From positions 2,503-66,502 of the forward strand of contig JAKFXL010000036.1 of assembly GCA_021731365.1 (NCBI GenBank): a stretch of DNA of 64,000 bases, given 5' to 3'. The position numbers were made by a program, and so were the translations under genes. Positions 43,118-55,887 of this stretch are shown here, piece after piece. The notes under the pieces are model-generated. The model made no database searches. It saw nothing but the letters and a program-made list of their open reading frames with translations, and had not been told where the DNA came from. The stretch comes from Gammaproteobacteria bacterium. Lineage in GTDB: Bacteria; Pseudomonadota; Gammaproteobacteria; Tenderiales; Tenderiaceae. Within the stretch, counting starts at the first letter, position 1. The number at the start of each line of letters is the position of its first letter.

Positions 43118-43441
43118 ATGGCAGTAACTCTGACAGAGCGGGCGGCAACACATGTGAGCAACTTTTTCGCCAAGCGCGGCAAAGGGGCGGGTTTGCGACT
43201 GGGCGTTAGGACAAGTGGATGTTCTGGTATGGCGTATGTGCTGGAGTTTGTAGACGCCGTTGCGCCGGAGGACCAAGTGTTTGAGGCGCATGGCGTTAAG
43301 GTGGTGATTGACCCCAAAAGCATGCTGTATCTTGATGGTACTGAGCTCGACTTTGTTAAAGAGGGGCTAAACGAAGGGTTTAAGTTTAATAATCCTAACG
43401 TCAAAGATTCGTGCGGTTGTGGCGAAAGCTTTACCGTTTAG
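43118..43441 (+). CDS. iscA: Fe-S cluster insertion protein IscA
   Basis: 107 aa, C-terminal 'CGCGESF'. Confidence 0.95.
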   Translation: MAVTLTERAATHVSNFFAKRGKGAGLRLGVRTSGCSGMAYVLEFVDAVAPEDQVFEAHGVKVVIDPKSMLYLDGTELDFVKEGLNEGFKFNNPNVKDSCGCGESFTV

Positions 43442-43450
43442 TCTGTCGTC

Positions 43451-43984
43451 GTGGATTTTCATCAAAACTATTTTGAGCTGTTTGGTCTGCCTGTCAGCTT
43501 TGGTCTGGACGGTGGTTCGCTGACAGAGCGTTATCGTGATTTGCAGAAGGTATTGCACCCTGACCGTTTTGCCAATGCCTCAGATCAGGAGCGGCGGCTG
43601 TCGTTGCAGCAGGCGGCTCAGGTGAACAGTGCCTACGATACGTTGCGGGATCCGCTTTCGCGGGCGCGTTATCTGCTGCGGTTGCGGGGGCTTGAATATA
43701 ACGATGAGAGCAGCACGATCAGTGATCTGGAGTTTCTGGAGGAGCAGATGGGGTTGCGTGAGCAGCTGGCTGATATCCGCCATGATAAAAATCCGACCGC
43801 CCTTTTGGATGACTTTATGGCAAGGCTTGATGCCAGGAGTCGGGAATATATTGAGGGGTTGAGTGGGTTGTTTGCGTCGCCTGAAGATGTGGACATGGAA
43901 AAGGCAAAAAATCTGGTGCAGCGTATGCAGTTTATTCGTCGCCTGCAGGCAGAAGGAGAGGCGTTGGAGGAGACGTTGATGTAG
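43451..43984 (+). CDS. hscB: co-chaperone HscB
   Basis: 177 aa, J-domain 'LHPDRF'. Confidence 0.9.
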   Translation: MDFHQNYFELFGLPVSFGLDGGSLTERYRDLQKVLHPDRFANASDQERRLSLQQAAQVNSAYDTLRDPLSRARYLLRLRGLEYNDESSTISDLEFLEEQMGLREQLADIRHDKNPTALLDDFMARLDARSREYIEGLSGLFASPEDVDMEKAKNLVQRMQFIRRLQAEGEALEETLM

Positions 43985-44160
43985 TCTCTCCGTTGGGCAA
44001 CCCAGACTAAGGCAGCGGTTGTGCAGACTATTTTTCCATTCTAAATCTCCATATCTTTTACTGCTCAGATTAACTCCCAGGCACCCCTGTTTTTTATGCA
44101 TCCAAGATGAATATATACTCTTTGATGAATCTATTTCTTAGATAAAGATGACAATTGATT

Positions 44161-46038
44161 ATGGCATTACTACAGATTAGTGAACCCGGCGAATCTACCG
44201 CCCCGCACCAGCATCGCTTGGCCGTCGGTATTGACCTGGGCACTACTAACTCCTTGGTGGCTACTGTGCGTAGCGGCGTAGCGGTTACCTTGCCTGGCCT
44301 GAATGGTGATTCCATGGTGCCGTCTGTGGTGCGTTACCATTCTGATGGTGGTATTGAAGTGGGTGAGTCCGCTCGTGCTGCTGCACCACAGGATCCCGAG
44401 AATACAATTATCTCTGTTAAACGGCTGATGGGGCGTAGTCTGGCTGATTTGAACCAGCAGGCGCAACGTTTCCCTTATGCGTTTGCAAAGACCGATTCCA
44501 GCGTGCCTCGTATTGTTACGGCGGCAGGAGAGGTGAGCGCGGTGGAGGTCTCGGCGGAAATTTTGAAGCTGTTGCGTCTGCGTGCCGAGGAGAGTCTGGC
44601 CGGTGAGTTGAGTGGTGCAGTGATTACGGTGCCCGCTTATTTTGATGATGCCCAACGTCAAGCGACCAAGGATGCGGCTCGTCTCGCCGGAATAAATGTG
44701 TTGCGCCTGTTGAATGAGCCGACTGCAGCGGCGGTTGCCTATGGGCTGGATCGTGGTTCGGAAGGTGTGCATGTTGTCTATGACCTGGGCGGAGGCACAT
44801 TTGATGTTTCGATTCTGCGCTTTACCCGTGGGGTATTTGAGGTCCTGGCGACGGCGGGAGACTCGGCGCTGGGGGGGGACGATTTTGATCATCTGCTGGC
44901 TCAATGGCTGATGGCGCAGGCGGGCATTGCTGATGACCTGGGTCATAAACAGTTGCGTGCGCTCCTGCATCAGGCCCGCGCCGTTAAAGAGCAGTTGAGC
45001 AGTGAGCTGGTGGTTGCTGTTGAGGTTGTACGTGCTGACGGTTCGATATGGGCGGGCGACATTGACCGGTCTACCTTTAATGAGATTATCACCCCGCTTG
45101 TCAAAAAAACCTTGTTACCTTGTCGCCGTACGCTGCGTGACTCGGGTGTGTCGTTGGAAGAGATTGCCGATGTGGTGATGGTGGGTGGCTCTACACGTGT
45201 GCCGTTGGTGCGCGAACAGGTCGGCCAGTTTTTCCAGTGCCAGCCACTGGTTGATATCGATCCCGATAAAGTAGTGGCCATAGGTGCGGCCATTCAGGCC
45301 GACATTCTGGTGGGCAATAAACCCGATAACGAGATGTTGCTACTGGATGTCATTCCGCTCTCCCTGGGGCTTGAGACCATGGGGGCACTGGTGGAAAAGG
45401 TGGTGCCACGGAACACAACCATTCCAACGACACGTGCCCAGGAGTTTACAACCTTTAAAGATGGTCAGACGGCAATGAGTATCCATGTATTGCAGGGCGA
45501 GCGTGAAATGGTGGACGATTGCCGTTCACTGGCGCGTTTTGAGCTGCGTGGTATCCCCGCCATGGTTGCCGGTGCAGCCCGCATTCTGGTCACGTTTCAG
45601 GTCGATGCGGATGGTTTGTTGAGTGTCAGTGCGGAAGAGACGGTGAGTGGTGTTCGTAGTAGCATCGAGGTGAAACCATCGTACGGTTTGCAGGAGAGCG
45701 AGATTGAAACGATGTTGCGCGACTCGTTCACCCATGCAAAGGAAGACATGAGCGTGCGTGCATTGCGCGAGCAGCAGGTGGATGCCGACCGTGTGCTGGT
45801 GTCGCTGGCGGCGGCACTGGCGGCTGATGGTGATGTGCTGTTATCAGCCACAGAGCGTGGTGTGATTGATGTTAATATCAACCAGTTGCAGCAGGCGCGT
45901 ATGGGAAGTGACATCCAGGCTATCAAACAGGCCATTGAAAATCTTGATCAGGTGACCGATAGCTACGCCCAGCGACGCATGGATGCCAGTGTTAAAAAGG
46001 TGCTCACAGGGCACCGGCTCGATGACTTTAAGGCATGA
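44161..46038 (+). CDS. hscA: chaperone HscA (Hsp70-type)
   Basis: start MALLQISEP; 'IDLGTTNS'. Confidence 0.95.
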   Translation: MALLQISEPGESTAPHQHRLAVGIDLGTTNSLVATVRSGVAVTLPGLNGDSMVPSVVRYHSDGGIEVGESARAAAPQDPENTIISVKRLMGRSLADLNQQAQRFPYAFAKTDSSVPRIVTAAGEVSAVEVSAEILKLLRLRAEESLAGELSGAVITVPAYFDDAQRQATKDAARLAGINVLRLLNEPTAAAVAYGLDRGSEGVHVVYDLGGGTFDVSILRFTRGVFEVLATAGDSALGGDDFDHLLAQWLMAQAGIADDLGHKQLRALLHQARAVKEQLSSELVVAVEVVRADGSIWAGDIDRSTFNEIITPLVKKTLLPCRRTLRDSGVSLEEIADVVMVGGSTRVPLVREQVGQFFQCQPLVDIDPDKVVAIGAAIQADILVGNKPDNEMLLLDVIPLSLGLETMGALVEKVVPRNTTIPTTRAQEFTTFKDGQTAMSIHVLQGEREMVDDCRSLARFELRGIPAMVAGAARILVTFQVDADGLLSVSAEETVSGVRSSIEVKPSYGLQESEIETMLRDSFTHAKEDMSVRALREQQVDADRVLVSLAAALAADGDVLLSATERGVIDVNINQLQQARMGSDIQAIKQAIENLDQVTDSYAQRRMDASVKKVLTGHRLDDFKA

Positions 46039-46117
46039 TACAAACCCCGCTGGGTGACTAGTATTGGTGGGTTCCTTGCTTTTGCAGTGAATGGTTTAGA
46101 AAAACGGAACAGTGATT

Positions 46118-46456
46118 ATGACAAAGATAGTCTTTTTACCCCATGCCGAACTCTGCCCAGCAGGTTTGGTGGTGGACGTGGCCCCAGGCACTACTATTCT
46201 GGATGCGGCACTTGATAATGGAATTGAGCTGGAGCATGCCTGTGACAAGTCCTGCGCCTGTACCACCTGTCACGTTATTGTGCGTGAAGGTTTTGATTCG
46301 CTTAATGAAACAGATGAGCTTGAGGATGACCTGCTCGACAAAGCCTGGGGATTGGAGCCTGAATCACGGCTCGGCTGTCAGGTGGCTGTCCATAGTAAGG
46401 ATCTGGTGGTAGAGATACCTAAATACACCATTAACATGGTCTCTGAAGGCCACTAA
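46118..46456 (+). CDS. fdx: [2Fe-2S] ferredoxin of the isc operon
   Basis: MTKIVFLPH...; 'CACTTCH'. Confidence 0.9.
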   Translation: MTKIVFLPHAELCPAGLVVDVAPGTTILDAALDNGIELEHACDKSCACTTCHVIVREGFDSLNETDELEDDLLDKAWGLEPESRLGCQVAVHSKDLVVEIPKYTINMVSEGH

Positions 46457-46477
46457 CATAAACGTGGGGAGCTGAAC

Positions 46478-46678
46478 ATGGGACTGAAATGGACTGATTC
46501 ATTGGATGTGGCGATAGCCCTGGATGAGGCCCATCCTGACGTTGACCCCAAAGGGATCCGTTTTACCGACCTTTTGCAGTGGGTGCTGGCGCTGGAGGAG
46601 TTTGATGATACTGAAGAGCGTTGTGGCGAGAAAATTCTTGAGGCGATCCAGATGGCATGGATTGAAGAGCGAGAGTAG
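46478..46678 (+). CDS. iscX: Fe-S assembly protein IscX
   Basis: 66 aa, acidic, YfhJ-like. Confidence 0.85.
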   Translation: MGLKWTDSLDVAIALDEAHPDVDPKGIRFTDLLQWVLALEEFDDTEERCGEKILEAIQMAWIEERE

Positions 46679-46750
46679 TGCCAACGCCGTTAACGGTGGC
46701 GGATAGCGCCCGAAACAGGTAAAATGCGCCAAGTTTTTAGGTAAGTATAG

Positions 46751-46785
46751 GCCTGCGTTAAACGCGGGCCTGTTGCTATTTATGA
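46751..46785 (+). terminator. hairpin plus T-rich tract after the isc operon
   Basis: GGCCTGCG-TTAAA-CGCGGGCC then TGTTGCTATTT. Confidence 0.5.
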
Positions 46786-46810
46786 GTTAGAAAACTAAGG
46801 AGACTCTCCC

Positions 46811-47236
46811 ATGGCTGTTGAACGTACATTGTCTATTATTAAACCTGACGCAGTTGCCAAAAATGTGATTGGCAAAATCTACAGTCGTTTTGAAAGTGCC
46901 GGCCTGAAGGTTGTTGCTGCTAAAATGGCACAGCTGAGTCGCGCAGAGGCTGAAGGCTTCTATGCGGTACACAAGGCGCGCCCTTTCTTTAACGATCTGG
47001 TGAGTTTCATGATCTCTGGCCCGGTGATGATCCAGGCCCTTGAAGGCGAAGGCGCTGTTGCCATGAACCGTCAGTTAATGGGTGCCACCAACCCAAAAGA
47101 GGCCGAAGCAGGTACTATTCGCGCTGATTTTGCTGACTCAATCGATGCCAATGCAGTACACGGTTCTGACAGTGCTGAAAATGCAGCGATCGAAATTGCG
47201 TATTTCTTCAGCACTACCGAAATCTGTTCACGTTAA
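46811..47236 (+). CDS. ndk: nucleoside diphosphate kinase
   Basis: 141 aa, 'NAVHGSDS'. Confidence 0.95.
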   Translation: MAVERTLSIIKPDAVAKNVIGKIYSRFESAGLKVVAAKMAQLSRAEAEGFYAVHKARPFFNDLVSFMISGPVMIQALEGEGAVAMNRQLMGATNPKEAEAGTIRADFADSIDANAVHGSDSAENAAIEIAYFFSTTEICSR

Positions 47237-47249
47237 GAGGTGAATCAAC

Positions 47250-48356
47250 TTGAGTGATACCAAGGTCAATCTACTTGGCCTAGATCGCAAAGGTCTTGAG
47301 GCCTTCTTCACCAACATGGGGGAGAAGGCCTTTCGTGCTTCACAAGTAATGAAGTGGATTCATCAATTTGGGGTCAACGACTTTGATGAGATGAACAACA
47401 TTGCTAAAGGATTAAGAGAGCAGCTTAAAGAGGTGGCGGAACTACGCGCCCCTGAGTTGGTTCTGGATCAGGCCTCCAGCGACGGTACTCATAAATGGGT
47501 ATTGCGGCTTGATAGTGGTAACTGCATTGAAACGGTATTAATCCCTGAAGGGGAGCGTGGCACTCTGTGTGTTTCATCTCAGGTTGGGTGTGCACTCGAC
47601 TGCTCATTTTGCGCAACGGGCAAACAGGGTTTTAACCGCAATCTCACCACGGCAGAAATTGTCGGTCAGCTGCGTGCGGCCTATCAATACTATGGTGCCA
47701 CCCACCGTGATAAACGGATCATTACCAATGTGGTCATGATGGGCATGGGTGAGCCACTGCTGAATTTTGATAATGTTGTTGCGGCCATGAATATCATGAC
47801 TGACGACGACTGTTATGGCCTGTCAAAACGGCGGGTCACATTGAGTACGGCCGGTGTTGTTCCGGCGATGCGGCGGTTGGCGGAGGAGAGCGACGTAAGT
47901 CTGGCAGTATCGTTGCACGCCCCTAATGACGAACTGCGCAATGTTTTAGTGCCGCTTAACTGTAAGTATCCGCTTAAAGAGTTGATGGCGGCGTGCAGAC
48001 ACTACGTTGAGGTAGGTAACAAACGTAAAATCACTTTTGAGTATGTGATGCTTGATGGTGTGAATGATAAACCCGAACATGCACGACAGATGATTCAGCT
48101 GTTGAAGGGGATACCCTCTAAAATCAATCTGATTCCATTTAATCCGTTCCCGCAGTCACAATATCGTCGCTCTTCTGATGAAACCATCAGACATTTTCGG
48201 GATATATTGGCAGCCGGTGGTTTGACCACCGTGACACGTCGAACCCGTGGTGACGATATCGATGCAGCATGTGGCCAACTGGTAGGTAAGGTGATGGATC
48301 GTACCAAGCGTAATCTTCCCAAAGCAGGTGATGCATTACAGGAGCTGGGGGGATGA
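47250..48356 (+). CDS. rlmN: 23S rRNA/tRNA m2A methyltransferase (radical SAM)
   Basis: TTG start; 'CALDCSFC' radical-SAM motif. Confidence 0.9.
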   Translation: MSDTKVNLLGLDRKGLEAFFTNMGEKAFRASQVMKWIHQFGVNDFDEMNNIAKGLREQLKEVAELRAPELVLDQASSDGTHKWVLRLDSGNCIETVLIPEGERGTLCVSSQVGCALDCSFCATGKQGFNRNLTTAEIVGQLRAAYQYYGATHRDKRIITNVVMMGMGEPLLNFDNVVAAMNIMTDDDCYGLSKRRVTLSTAGVVPAMRRLAEESDVSLAVSLHAPNDELRNVLVPLNCKYPLKELMAACRHYVEVGNKRKITFEYVMLDGVNDKPEHARQMIQLLKGIPSKINLIPFNPFPQSQYRRSSDETIRHFRDILAAGGLTTVTRRTRGDDIDAACGQLVGKVMDRTKRNLPKAGDALQELGG

Positions 48357-49084
48357 GGCTACCCACACTGCTGGTGATGATCACGGCTGTTTTACTGTTG
48401 CAGGGATGTGTTCAGACGGGTGGTCCCAAGGGATCGGCGGAAACGGCTGAAGCGGTACGTATTTATAGTGATCTTGGGCTGGGGTATCTACGTCAGGGCA
48501 AACTTGACCAAGCGCTGCAGAAGCTGCAGCGCGCCTTAGAACTAAACAGCAGAGACCCCGCCTCTAACCACTATATCGCCGAAGTATACAAACAGATGGA
48601 GGAGACCAAGCTGGCAGATCTCTATTTTGAGAAGGCAGCAGAACTCGATCCTAAAAACCCCATGTTGCTGAATAACTATGGGGCGTTTCTGTGTGAGCAA
48701 TCGCGTTTTGCCGATGCAGAAAAATATTTCTTGCGTGCCGCAGAGCTGCCCCGTTATCAAACGCCAGAGCTGGCCTATGAAAATCTTGCACTTTGTGTGC
48801 TGAGAATGAATAACCCGGTTCAGGCGGAAGTCTATTTCCGCAAGGCATTGGCGATCAATCCAAAGTTGCAAAAATCACTCTACCAGATGGCGCAGATCAG
48901 TTACGACAATAAAGAGTACTTGACGGCGCGGGCGTTTGTGCAGCGGTTTCACAGTGTTATAGATCCGTCAGAGCTGGGGTTGAAACTGGCCATTAAAATT
49001 GAACAGGCACTGGGTAATGAAGCGGCGGTGCAAGAGTACCGACAGGCGTTAAAAAAACGTTTTCCTGATGCAGCGGTAGAGTAG
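48353..49084 (+). CDS. pilW: type IV pilus biogenesis/stability lipoprotein PilW (PilF), TPR
   Basis: lipobox 'LLQGC'; TPR repeats; conserved position after rlmN. Confidence 0.8.
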   Translation: MRLPTLLVMITAVLLLQGCVQTGGPKGSAETAEAVRIYSDLGLGYLRQGKLDQALQKLQRALELNSRDPASNHYIAEVYKQMEETKLADLYFEKAAELDPKNPMLLNNYGAFLCEQSRFADAEKYFLRAAELPRYQTPELAYENLALCVLRMNNPVQAEVYFRKALAINPKLQKSLYQMAQISYDNKEYLTARAFVQRFHSVIDPSELGLKLAIKIEQALGNEAAVQEYRQALKKRFPDAAVE

Positions 49085-49101
49085 TGACGGGTGAATAAAG
49101 G

Positions 49102-50001
49102 ATGAACAGGCCGGTGGAACAAGAGAGCGACATGGAACAATCCGCGCAGAGTGGTGCTTGGGGCAAACGTCTGGCGGCTATTCGTGAGAAAAACGGTGTT
49201 ACTGTCAGCGCAGTGGCTGCAGAGTTGCGGCTTGAGCCAAAAATGGTGGAGTTGATTGAAGCTGAAGATCTGGATCAGCTCCCGACTGCACCCTTTGTGA
49301 AGGGGTATCTGCGTCACTATGCCCGCATGATGGACGTTGATGTGACCCCAATCCTTGAAGCCTATGGCAGGGTGTGTGGTGCGGATGCGCCGGGGCTGAC
49401 CAAGATCAACCGTCTATATGAATCGACCTCTAAAGATGCGGCACCACGTTCTACGACCTGGATCATTGTGGCGGTGATTGTGGTCTCGCTGGCGGCTTGG
49501 TGGTGGACACAGCTGATTACCTTTAAAAACGCGCCAGAAGAAGAGGCGGTTGTGGAGTTGTCAGAGGCAGTGCCAGCTACTGCGATGGATACTGTTCCGG
49601 TTGATAACGGCGCTGCTGTTAACGGTGAAGCGGGGGTGGAGCTGTTATTGCCACAGTTGCAGGGTTCGGTCGAAACACCCGCAGCAGTATCCCCTGCGCC
49701 TGAATCTGTTGCTGTGGTCAAGACGGAGGTTGCCACACCCCTCGTAGTTGCAGGAACGTCGACCATTACGTTGAAGTTTACACAAGAGTCGTGGGTTGAC
49801 ATTGCCGATGCCACAGGTGCGCGTCTGTTTGTTGATCTGGCAAAATCCAACAGTTCGCAGATAGTGACAGGCAAGCCCCCCTTTAACGTACTGTTAGGTA
49901 ATTCGGAAGGTGTGGCCATTGAGTATAACGGCAAGCCTTATGATCAGCGTCCCCACAACAGCAAGGGTGTTTCCCGCTTTACCCTGGGCGCTGCGGACTA
50001 G
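49102..50001 (+). CDS. rodZ: cytoskeleton protein RodZ
   Basis: N-terminal HTH, single TM, Pro/Ala/Val-rich linker, C-terminal DUF4115; conserved position before ispG. Confidence 0.8.
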   Translation: MNRPVEQESDMEQSAQSGAWGKRLAAIREKNGVTVSAVAAELRLEPKMVELIEAEDLDQLPTAPFVKGYLRHYARMMDVDVTPILEAYGRVCGADAPGLTKINRLYESTSKDAAPRSTTWIIVAVIVVSLAAWWWTQLITFKNAPEEEAVVELSEAVPATAMDTVPVDNGAAVNGEAGVELLLPQLQGSVETPAAVSPAPESVAVVKTEVATPLVVAGTSTITLKFTQESWVDIADATGARLFVDLAKSNSSQIVTGKPPFNVLLGNSEGVAIEYNGKPYDQRPHNSKGVSRFTLGAAD

Positions 50002-50015
50002 ACAGGAGATTTTTT

Positions 50016-51140
50016 ATGGAACATAAAAGCTTAATCGTCCGTCGTAAATCACGCCAGATCATGGTGGGCAATGTGCCTGTGGGTGGTGATGCGCCTATCA
50101 CAGTACAAAGCATGACCAATACTGAGACCTGTGATGTTGCCGCAACCGTGGCGCAGATCAAGGCGCTTGAGGCTGTGGGTGCCGATATTGTCCGTGTCTC
50201 TGTGCCGAGCATGGAGGCGGCAGAGGCCTTTGGTAAAATTAAAAAACTGGTCAATGTGCCGCTGGTAGCGGATATACATTTTGATTATAAAATTGCCTTG
50301 CGTGTTGCCGAGTTGGGTGTGGATTGCCTACGTATCAACCCCGGTAATATTGGTAGCGATGAACGTGTACGTGCGGTGGTGAGTGCGGCCCGTGATAATA
50401 ATATTCCCATTCGTATCGGCGTGAATGCCGGCTCTCTGGAAAAAGATCTACAGAAGAAATATGGTGAACCTACACCAGCGGCGCTGGTGGAGTCAGCACT
50501 GCGTCATATCGACATTCTCGACAAGCTCGACTTCCAGGAGTTTAAGGTCAGCCTTAAAGCGTCGGAAATTTTTATGACAGTAGCTGCCTACCGGTTACTT
50601 GCCAGCCAGATTGAACAGCCACTGCATCTTGGTATTACCGAAGCGGGCGGTCTGCGCTCCGGCACGGTGAAGTCGTCGATTGGTCTGGGCATGTTACTGG
50701 CTGATGGCATTGGCGACACGATTCGCATCTCGCTGGCGGCCGATCCGGTGGAGGAGATCAAGGTCGGTTTTGATATTCTCAAGAGCCTGCATCTGCGTAG
50801 TAAGGGCATCAATTTGATTGCCTGCCCCTCCTGTTCACGTCAGCGTTTCAACGTCATCTCTGTCGTCAATGAACTGGAGCAGCGCCTCGAAGATGTGACC
50901 GAGCCACTCAATGTTGCCGTCATCGGTTGTGTCGTTAACGGCCCAGGGGAAGCGCGTGAAGTTGATGTGGGGTTAGCCGGTGGTGAGCCCAATCTGCTCT
51001 ACATCGATGGAAAGCCAGATCACAAAATTGGTAATGAAGGCATGGTGGATGAGCTTGAACGGGTGATCCGTCACCGTATCAAAATCAAGCAAGAGAGCAG
51101 TGGTGCCAGCTGTGTCGCCTGTCCGTCTGCTGGAAAATAG
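50016..51140 (+). CDS. ispG: HMBPP synthase (flavodoxin)
   Basis: 374 aa, 'CPSCSRQ', C-terminal 'CVACPS'. Confidence 0.95.
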   Translation: MEHKSLIVRRKSRQIMVGNVPVGGDAPITVQSMTNTETCDVAATVAQIKALEAVGADIVRVSVPSMEAAEAFGKIKKLVNVPLVADIHFDYKIALRVAELGVDCLRINPGNIGSDERVRAVVSAARDNNIPIRIGVNAGSLEKDLQKKYGEPTPAALVESALRHIDILDKLDFQEFKVSLKASEIFMTVAAYRLLASQIEQPLHLGITEAGGLRSGTVKSSIGLGMLLADGIGDTIRISLAADPVEEIKVGFDILKSLHLRSKGINLIACPSCSRQRFNVISVVNELEQRLEDVTEPLNVAVIGCVVNGPGEAREVDVGLAGGEPNLLYIDGKPDHKIGNEGMVDELERVIRHRIKIKQESSGASCVACPSAGK

Positions 51141-51151
51141 AATAGAAATTT

Positions 51152-52420
51152 ATGTCTAAACACATCCAGGCCGTTCGCGGCATGAACGATATCCTGCCAC
51201 AGCAAACACCTTATTGGCAGCGGCTGGAACAGACGGCACAACGGGTTTTTGAAGCGTACAGCTTTGAAGAGATCCGTATGCCGATCGTTGAGAGTACCGA
51301 TCTTTTTAAACGCACCATCGGTGAAGTCACCGATATTGTTGAAAAAGAGATGTACACCTTTGAGGATCGTAATGGCGATAGCCTGACCTTGCGCCCGGAA
51401 GGGACGGCGGGGTGTGTGCGTGCCGGCATTGAGAATGGCCTTCTTTATAACCAGATTCAACGGCTCTGGTATAAGGGACCGATGTTTCGCCATGAACGCC
51501 CCCAGAAAGGGCGCTATCGCCAGTTTCAACAAATTGGCGTGGAGTGTTTTGGTATGGCCGGCCCGGATGTTGATGCCGAGATGATCATGATGACCGCCCG
51601 GTTGTGGCGTGAGCTGGGGTTGACCGGGCTGGAGTTACAGATCAATACCCTCGGTTCAGCAGAGGCTAGGGCACGTTATCGTGACACCCTGGTTGAGTAC
51701 CTGAACGCCCACCACGATCAGCTGGATGAAGATAGCCAGCGCCGTCTGCTGAGTAATCCATTGCGGATTCTGGACAGTAAAAATCCGGCGATGCAGCTGA
51801 TTAACAACAATGCGCCCAAATTAATTGACGCCCTGGATGATGAATCGCGTCAGCACTTTGAACAGCTCTGTGGTTATCTTGACGATGCCGGTATTCCATA
51901 TGTGATCAATCCGCGCCTGGTGCGTGGCCTTGATTACTACAATCAAACGGTGTTTGAGTGGGTAACAGACCAGTTAGGGGCACAAGGCACTGTTTGTGCC
52001 GGTGGCCGTTTTGATGGACTGGTAGAACAGTTGGGAGGGCACAGCACGCCGGCACTCGGTTTTGCTATGGGTATAGAGCGGCTGGTATTGTTGCTGGAAG
52101 CCACAGCCAAGGTGGAAAACGCCCTCCACGCCTATCTGCTGATGATTGGTGATGACGCAGTACGCAGAGGTTTACGTCTGGCTGAGGCGTTGCGCGATAC
52201 ACTTCCGGGACTGCGTCTGCGTAGCCATTGTGGCGGTGGCAGTTTTAAGGCCCAGTTTAAAAAGGCGGATAAGAGCGGCGCAGCAGTGGCGTTGATTCTT
52301 GGCGAAGATGAGGTACAGCAAGGTGTTGTGGGGATAAAGAATCTGCGTGAACAGAACCCGCAACAGAGTGTGCCGCAGAGCGGGCTGGCAAACTATTTAA
52401 AGTCAGCACTGGCGTTGTAA
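51152..52420 (+). CDS. hisS: histidine--tRNA ligase
   Basis: 422 aa, class II aaRS motifs. Confidence 0.95.
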   Translation: MSKHIQAVRGMNDILPQQTPYWQRLEQTAQRVFEAYSFEEIRMPIVESTDLFKRTIGEVTDIVEKEMYTFEDRNGDSLTLRPEGTAGCVRAGIENGLLYNQIQRLWYKGPMFRHERPQKGRYRQFQQIGVECFGMAGPDVDAEMIMMTARLWRELGLTGLELQINTLGSAEARARYRDTLVEYLNAHHDQLDEDSQRRLLSNPLRILDSKNPAMQLINNNAPKLIDALDDESRQHFEQLCGYLDDAGIPYVINPRLVRGLDYYNQTVFEWVTDQLGAQGTVCAGGRFDGLVEQLGGHSTPALGFAMGIERLVLLLEATAKVENALHAYLLMIGDDAVRRGLRLAEALRDTLPGLRLRSHCGGGSFKAQFKKADKSGAAVALILGEDEVQQGVVGIKNLREQNPQQSVPQSGLANYLKSALAL

Positions 52421-52566
52421 TAAAACAGCGCCTTGTCGTGACCAGTATGAATTGCGGAATAGCGCTGCCATAACAGCAGTGGGTAGATAGAGAGGATCTG
52501 TATCTGCCTGACAGCATTAATGTTGTGGCGGTATGTAATATTTGGATAACAGCGCGGGAGTTAACA

Positions 52567-53208
52567 GTGGAAGTCTACGATTCGGAACGTGAACAACTTG
52601 ATGTCCTGAAAAAATGGTGGCAACAGAATGGTAAAGCCATTGTCATCGGCTCGATACTGGGGATAGGGACGTTAGTGGGTTGGCAGCAGTGGCAGTCAGG
52701 TATGCAGGAGTCACGTGAAGCCGCGTCACAAGAGTATGGTGTGCTGCTTGATAATATGGAAAAGCAGAACCTGCAAGGGGTGAAGGAGAGCGGTGCCACC
52801 ATCATGAACAACTTTGCCAAAACACCTTACGCGGCACTGGCAGCGTTAGCGGTGGCCAAGGTGAATGTGGAGGAGGGTGACACTGCCTCTGCCCGTACCC
52901 ATCTGCAAAAAGTGGTCGATCAAAAAGATCAGCCGCAGTTTCAGCATGTTGCCCGCCTGCGTCTGGCACGGTTGGTATTGGATGAGGGTGAGGCCAAACA
53001 GGCACTGGACCTGGTCAAGAGTGTTGATGTTGCCGGATTTGCCAGCGCCTATGATGAACTTAAGGGTGACATCCATGCCGCACTGGGTAATACAGCAGAG
53101 GCGCGCAGTGCTTACGAACGTGCCATTGCGGCTATGGATGCAGCGCTTGATCAGAGCATTATTAAAATGAAGCTCGATGATCTGGGCGAGACAGAGGTAA
53201 CGTTGTAA
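52567..53208 (+). CDS. yfgM: YfgM-family ancillary SecYEG translocon subunit (TPR-like)
   Basis: GTG start (VEVYDSEREQLDVLKKWWQQNGK...); the upstream ORF extension is unlikely to be real. Confidence 0.7.
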   Translation: MEVYDSEREQLDVLKKWWQQNGKAIVIGSILGIGTLVGWQQWQSGMQESREAASQEYGVLLDNMEKQNLQGVKESGATIMNNFAKTPYAALAALAVAKVNVEEGDTASARTHLQKVVDQKDQPQFQHVARLRLARLVLDEGEAKQALDLVKSVDVAGFASAYDELKGDIHAALGNTAEARSAYERAIAAMDAALDQSIIKMKLDDLGETEVTL

Positions 53209-54345
53209 ATGCGTTCAATTGTGTTGCCACTACTGCTGCTGGCACTGGCGGGATGCAGCTCCACCGGACCGATCCGTGAACCGGCGGCGCTGGAGGATGT
53301 TAGCGCCGCCCGCCATGTGAAGGTGCTGTGGAGCAGCTCCACCTCATCGGATCGACTCAACCGGGTGTACGACCGTTTAGCCCCCGTGATTGCGGATGGC
53401 ACACTGTATACCGCCAGTGCCAACGGCATGGTATACGCCTTTGATATTGCCAAGGGCAAAAAACAGTGGCAGCAACGGTTAGAGCTGGTGATTACCGGTG
53501 GTGTGGGTCTTAACCAGGAGCAGCTGTTTGTGGGCAGTGCCAAGGCTGAGGTACTGGCGCTGAGTCGCAACAGTGGCGCAGTGCAGTGGCGCACCACACT
53601 CTCCAGTGAAATATTGGCCCCGCCTGTTGCCACCGCCAATCAGCTGATTGTGCGTTGTGTTGATGGCAATGTGTACGCCTTGAATGCAGAAAACGGCCAA
53701 CAGCTTTGGCACTATCAGGGCAGCGTTCCGGCGCTGAGTTTGCGCGGTGACAGCACCCCAGTGATTGCTGGTGATAACGTACTGTTAGGGTTGGCCAACG
53801 GCCGGATTGCAGCGCTGTCGCTCGACGATGGTTCAGTGATCTGGGAGAGTAATGTAGCGGTGGCCCAGGGGCGTACCGACCTTGAACGCATGGTCGATGT
53901 TGATGCCACACCGCTGGTGACAGATGAGACCATCTACGCCGTCGCCTATCAAGGTAAAGTGGTTGCACTCTCGCGCCAGACCGGCAGCACAATCTGGAGT
54001 CGTGATATCGGCTCATCGGCAGGTTTAGGGCTGGATGAACACCATCTCTACGTAGTGGATGATCAGGATCAGATCTGGACGCTGGACCGTAACAGCGGTG
54101 CATCCTTATGGAAATCGGACAAACTGAAATACCGCGACTTAAGCGCCCCCGTGCCCATGAAAGATAGCGTTGTTGTGGGTGACTTTGAAGGTTACCTGCA
54201 CTGGCTGTCACTGGAGGATGGCCACGTTATTGCCCGTCACCAGGTGAGTGATGACGGCATACGCATGGCCCCCATAGTGATTAACGAGGTGCTTTATGTA
54301 CGCACCAAAAACGGCAATCTTGAAGCACTTACCCTTACCCCATAA
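53209..54345 (+). CDS. bamB: outer membrane protein assembly factor BamB
   Basis: lipobox 'LALAGCSS'; PQQ-like beta-propeller repeats. Confidence 0.9.
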   Translation: MRSIVLPLLLLALAGCSSTGPIREPAALEDVSAARHVKVLWSSSTSSDRLNRVYDRLAPVIADGTLYTASANGMVYAFDIAKGKKQWQQRLELVITGGVGLNQEQLFVGSAKAEVLALSRNSGAVQWRTTLSSEILAPPVATANQLIVRCVDGNVYALNAENGQQLWHYQGSVPALSLRGDSTPVIAGDNVLLGLANGRIAALSLDDGSVIWESNVAVAQGRTDLERMVDVDATPLVTDETIYAVAYQGKVVALSRQTGSTIWSRDIGSSAGLGLDEHHLYVVDDQDQIWTLDRNSGASLWKSDKLKYRDLSAPVPMKDSVVVGDFEGYLHWLSLEDGHVIARHQVSDDGIRMAPIVINEVLYVRTKNGNLEALTLTP

Positions 54346-54360
54346 GTTGGCCCATACAAA

Positions 54361-55782
54361 ATGAAACCTGTCATCGCACTTGTCGGCCGCCCGAATGTTG
54401 GTAAATCGACGCTCTTCAACTGCCTCACCAAAACCCGTGATGCGTTGGTGGCCGACTATCCCGGGCTGACACGCGACCGTAAATATGGCACCGGTCGGGT
54501 GGGATACAAACCCTATATCGTTGTTGATACCGGCGGCCTGAGTGGTGAAAAGGAGGGCATTGATGAACTCATGGCCGGCCAGGTGCAGCAGGCCATTGGT
54601 GAGGCAAACGCAGTGCTCTTCATGGTCGACGCCCGCGCTGGGCTCACCGGGGGGGATGAGATCATCGCCCGCCATCTGCGCCGCATCAACAAACCGGTCT
54701 ACCTCATCGTTAATAAAGTGGATGGTTCTGACGAGAACATTGTCACGGCTGACTTTCAGCGGCTGGGTCTGGGCCAGGTGATTGGTATCTCCTCATCCCA
54801 TGGGCGCGGCGTCAGCCACATGATGGATGTAGTGCTGGCCATCATGCCCGAGTTGGAGATTGAAGAAGAGGAGGCCTATGACGATACCCTTAAAGTGGCC
54901 ATCATCGGTCGTCCCAATGTAGGTAAATCAACACTGGTCAACCGACTGTTGGGTGAGGAGCGTGTGGTTGCGTTTGACATGCCCGGCACCACCCGTGACA
55001 GCATCTTTATCCCCTTCGAACAGGATGGGCAGAAATATACATTGATCGATACCGCCGGGGTACGTCGGCGTGGCAAAGTGAAAGAGACTGTAGAAAAGTT
55101 CAGTGTCATTAAAGCACTACAAGCAATCGAAGTGGCCAACGTGGTCATCATGGTACTGGATGCCCAGGATGGTATTTCCGACCAGGATGCAACCCTGGCC
55201 GGCTTTGCCCTGGAGGCCGGGCGTGCCATGGTTATTGCAGTGAATAAATGGGATGGGCTGGAGAAAGATGCCCGTAACAAAATGAAAGAAGAGTTGGAAC
55301 GACGCCTGCCTTTTCTCGACTTTGCCGAGATGCACTTCATCTCAGCACTGCAGGGGAGTGGTGTGGGGCTGCTGTTTAAATCAGTCAATGCCGCCTACAA
55401 AGCGGCCATGGCTGATCTGGCCACACCGGCACTCACGCGCATACTCGAAGATGCCGTTAGCCAACATCAGCCGCCGATTGTGGGTGGGCACCGCATTAAA
55501 CTGCGTTATGCCCATCAGGGGGGAAAAAACCCCCCCATCATTGTGATACATGGCAATCAAACCGACTCAGTGCCCGGCACCTACAAACGGTATCTGATGA
55601 ATGTATATAGAAAGGTATTCAAGCTGCATGGCACCCCCGTGCGTATTGAGTTCCGTTCCGGTGACAACCCGTTTGCCAACAAGCGCCGTGAAAACCTGAC
55701 CGTGCGCCAGGCATACAAAAAAAAGATGGAACAGAAATTTACCAGCAAGAGCAAGGGGCGGAATAAACCCGATAAGCATTAA
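54361..55782 (+). CDS. der: ribosome-associated GTPase Der (EngA)
   Basis: two G-domains 'GRPNVGKST'; KH-like C-terminus. Confidence 0.95.
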   Translation: MKPVIALVGRPNVGKSTLFNCLTKTRDALVADYPGLTRDRKYGTGRVGYKPYIVVDTGGLSGEKEGIDELMAGQVQQAIGEANAVLFMVDARAGLTGGDEIIARHLRRINKPVYLIVNKVDGSDENIVTADFQRLGLGQVIGISSSHGRGVSHMMDVVLAIMPELEIEEEEAYDDTLKVAIIGRPNVGKSTLVNRLLGEERVVAFDMPGTTRDSIFIPFEQDGQKYTLIDTAGVRRRGKVKETVEKFSVIKALQAIEVANVVIMVLDAQDGISDQDATLAGFALEAGRAMVIAVNKWDGLEKDARNKMKEELERRLPFLDFAEMHFISALQGSGVGLLFKSVNAAYKAAMADLATPALTRILEDAVSQHQPPIVGGHRIKLRYAHQGGKNPPIIVIHGNQTDSVPGTYKRYLMNVYRKVFKLHGTPVRIEFRSGDNPFANKRRENLTVRQAYKKKMEQKFTSKSKGRNKPDKH

Positions 55783-55887
55783 TCGCCGTATCCGGTTTTA
55801 GACGGGTGTAAAAGCGAGCGTAAACATATTGCGGTACAGACGTGCCCCCTCATATTCCTGTTAACAGAGTAGATAACCTTAGGCACT

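Noticed and set aside
44170-44970. 266-aa ORF antisense to hscA
   Set aside because: hscA on the plus strand is unambiguous (Hsp70 motifs). The antisense translation is Arg/Gln/His-rich junk.
53510-54211. 233-aa ORF antisense to bamB
   Set aside because: Embedded in bamB, with no motifs and skewed composition.
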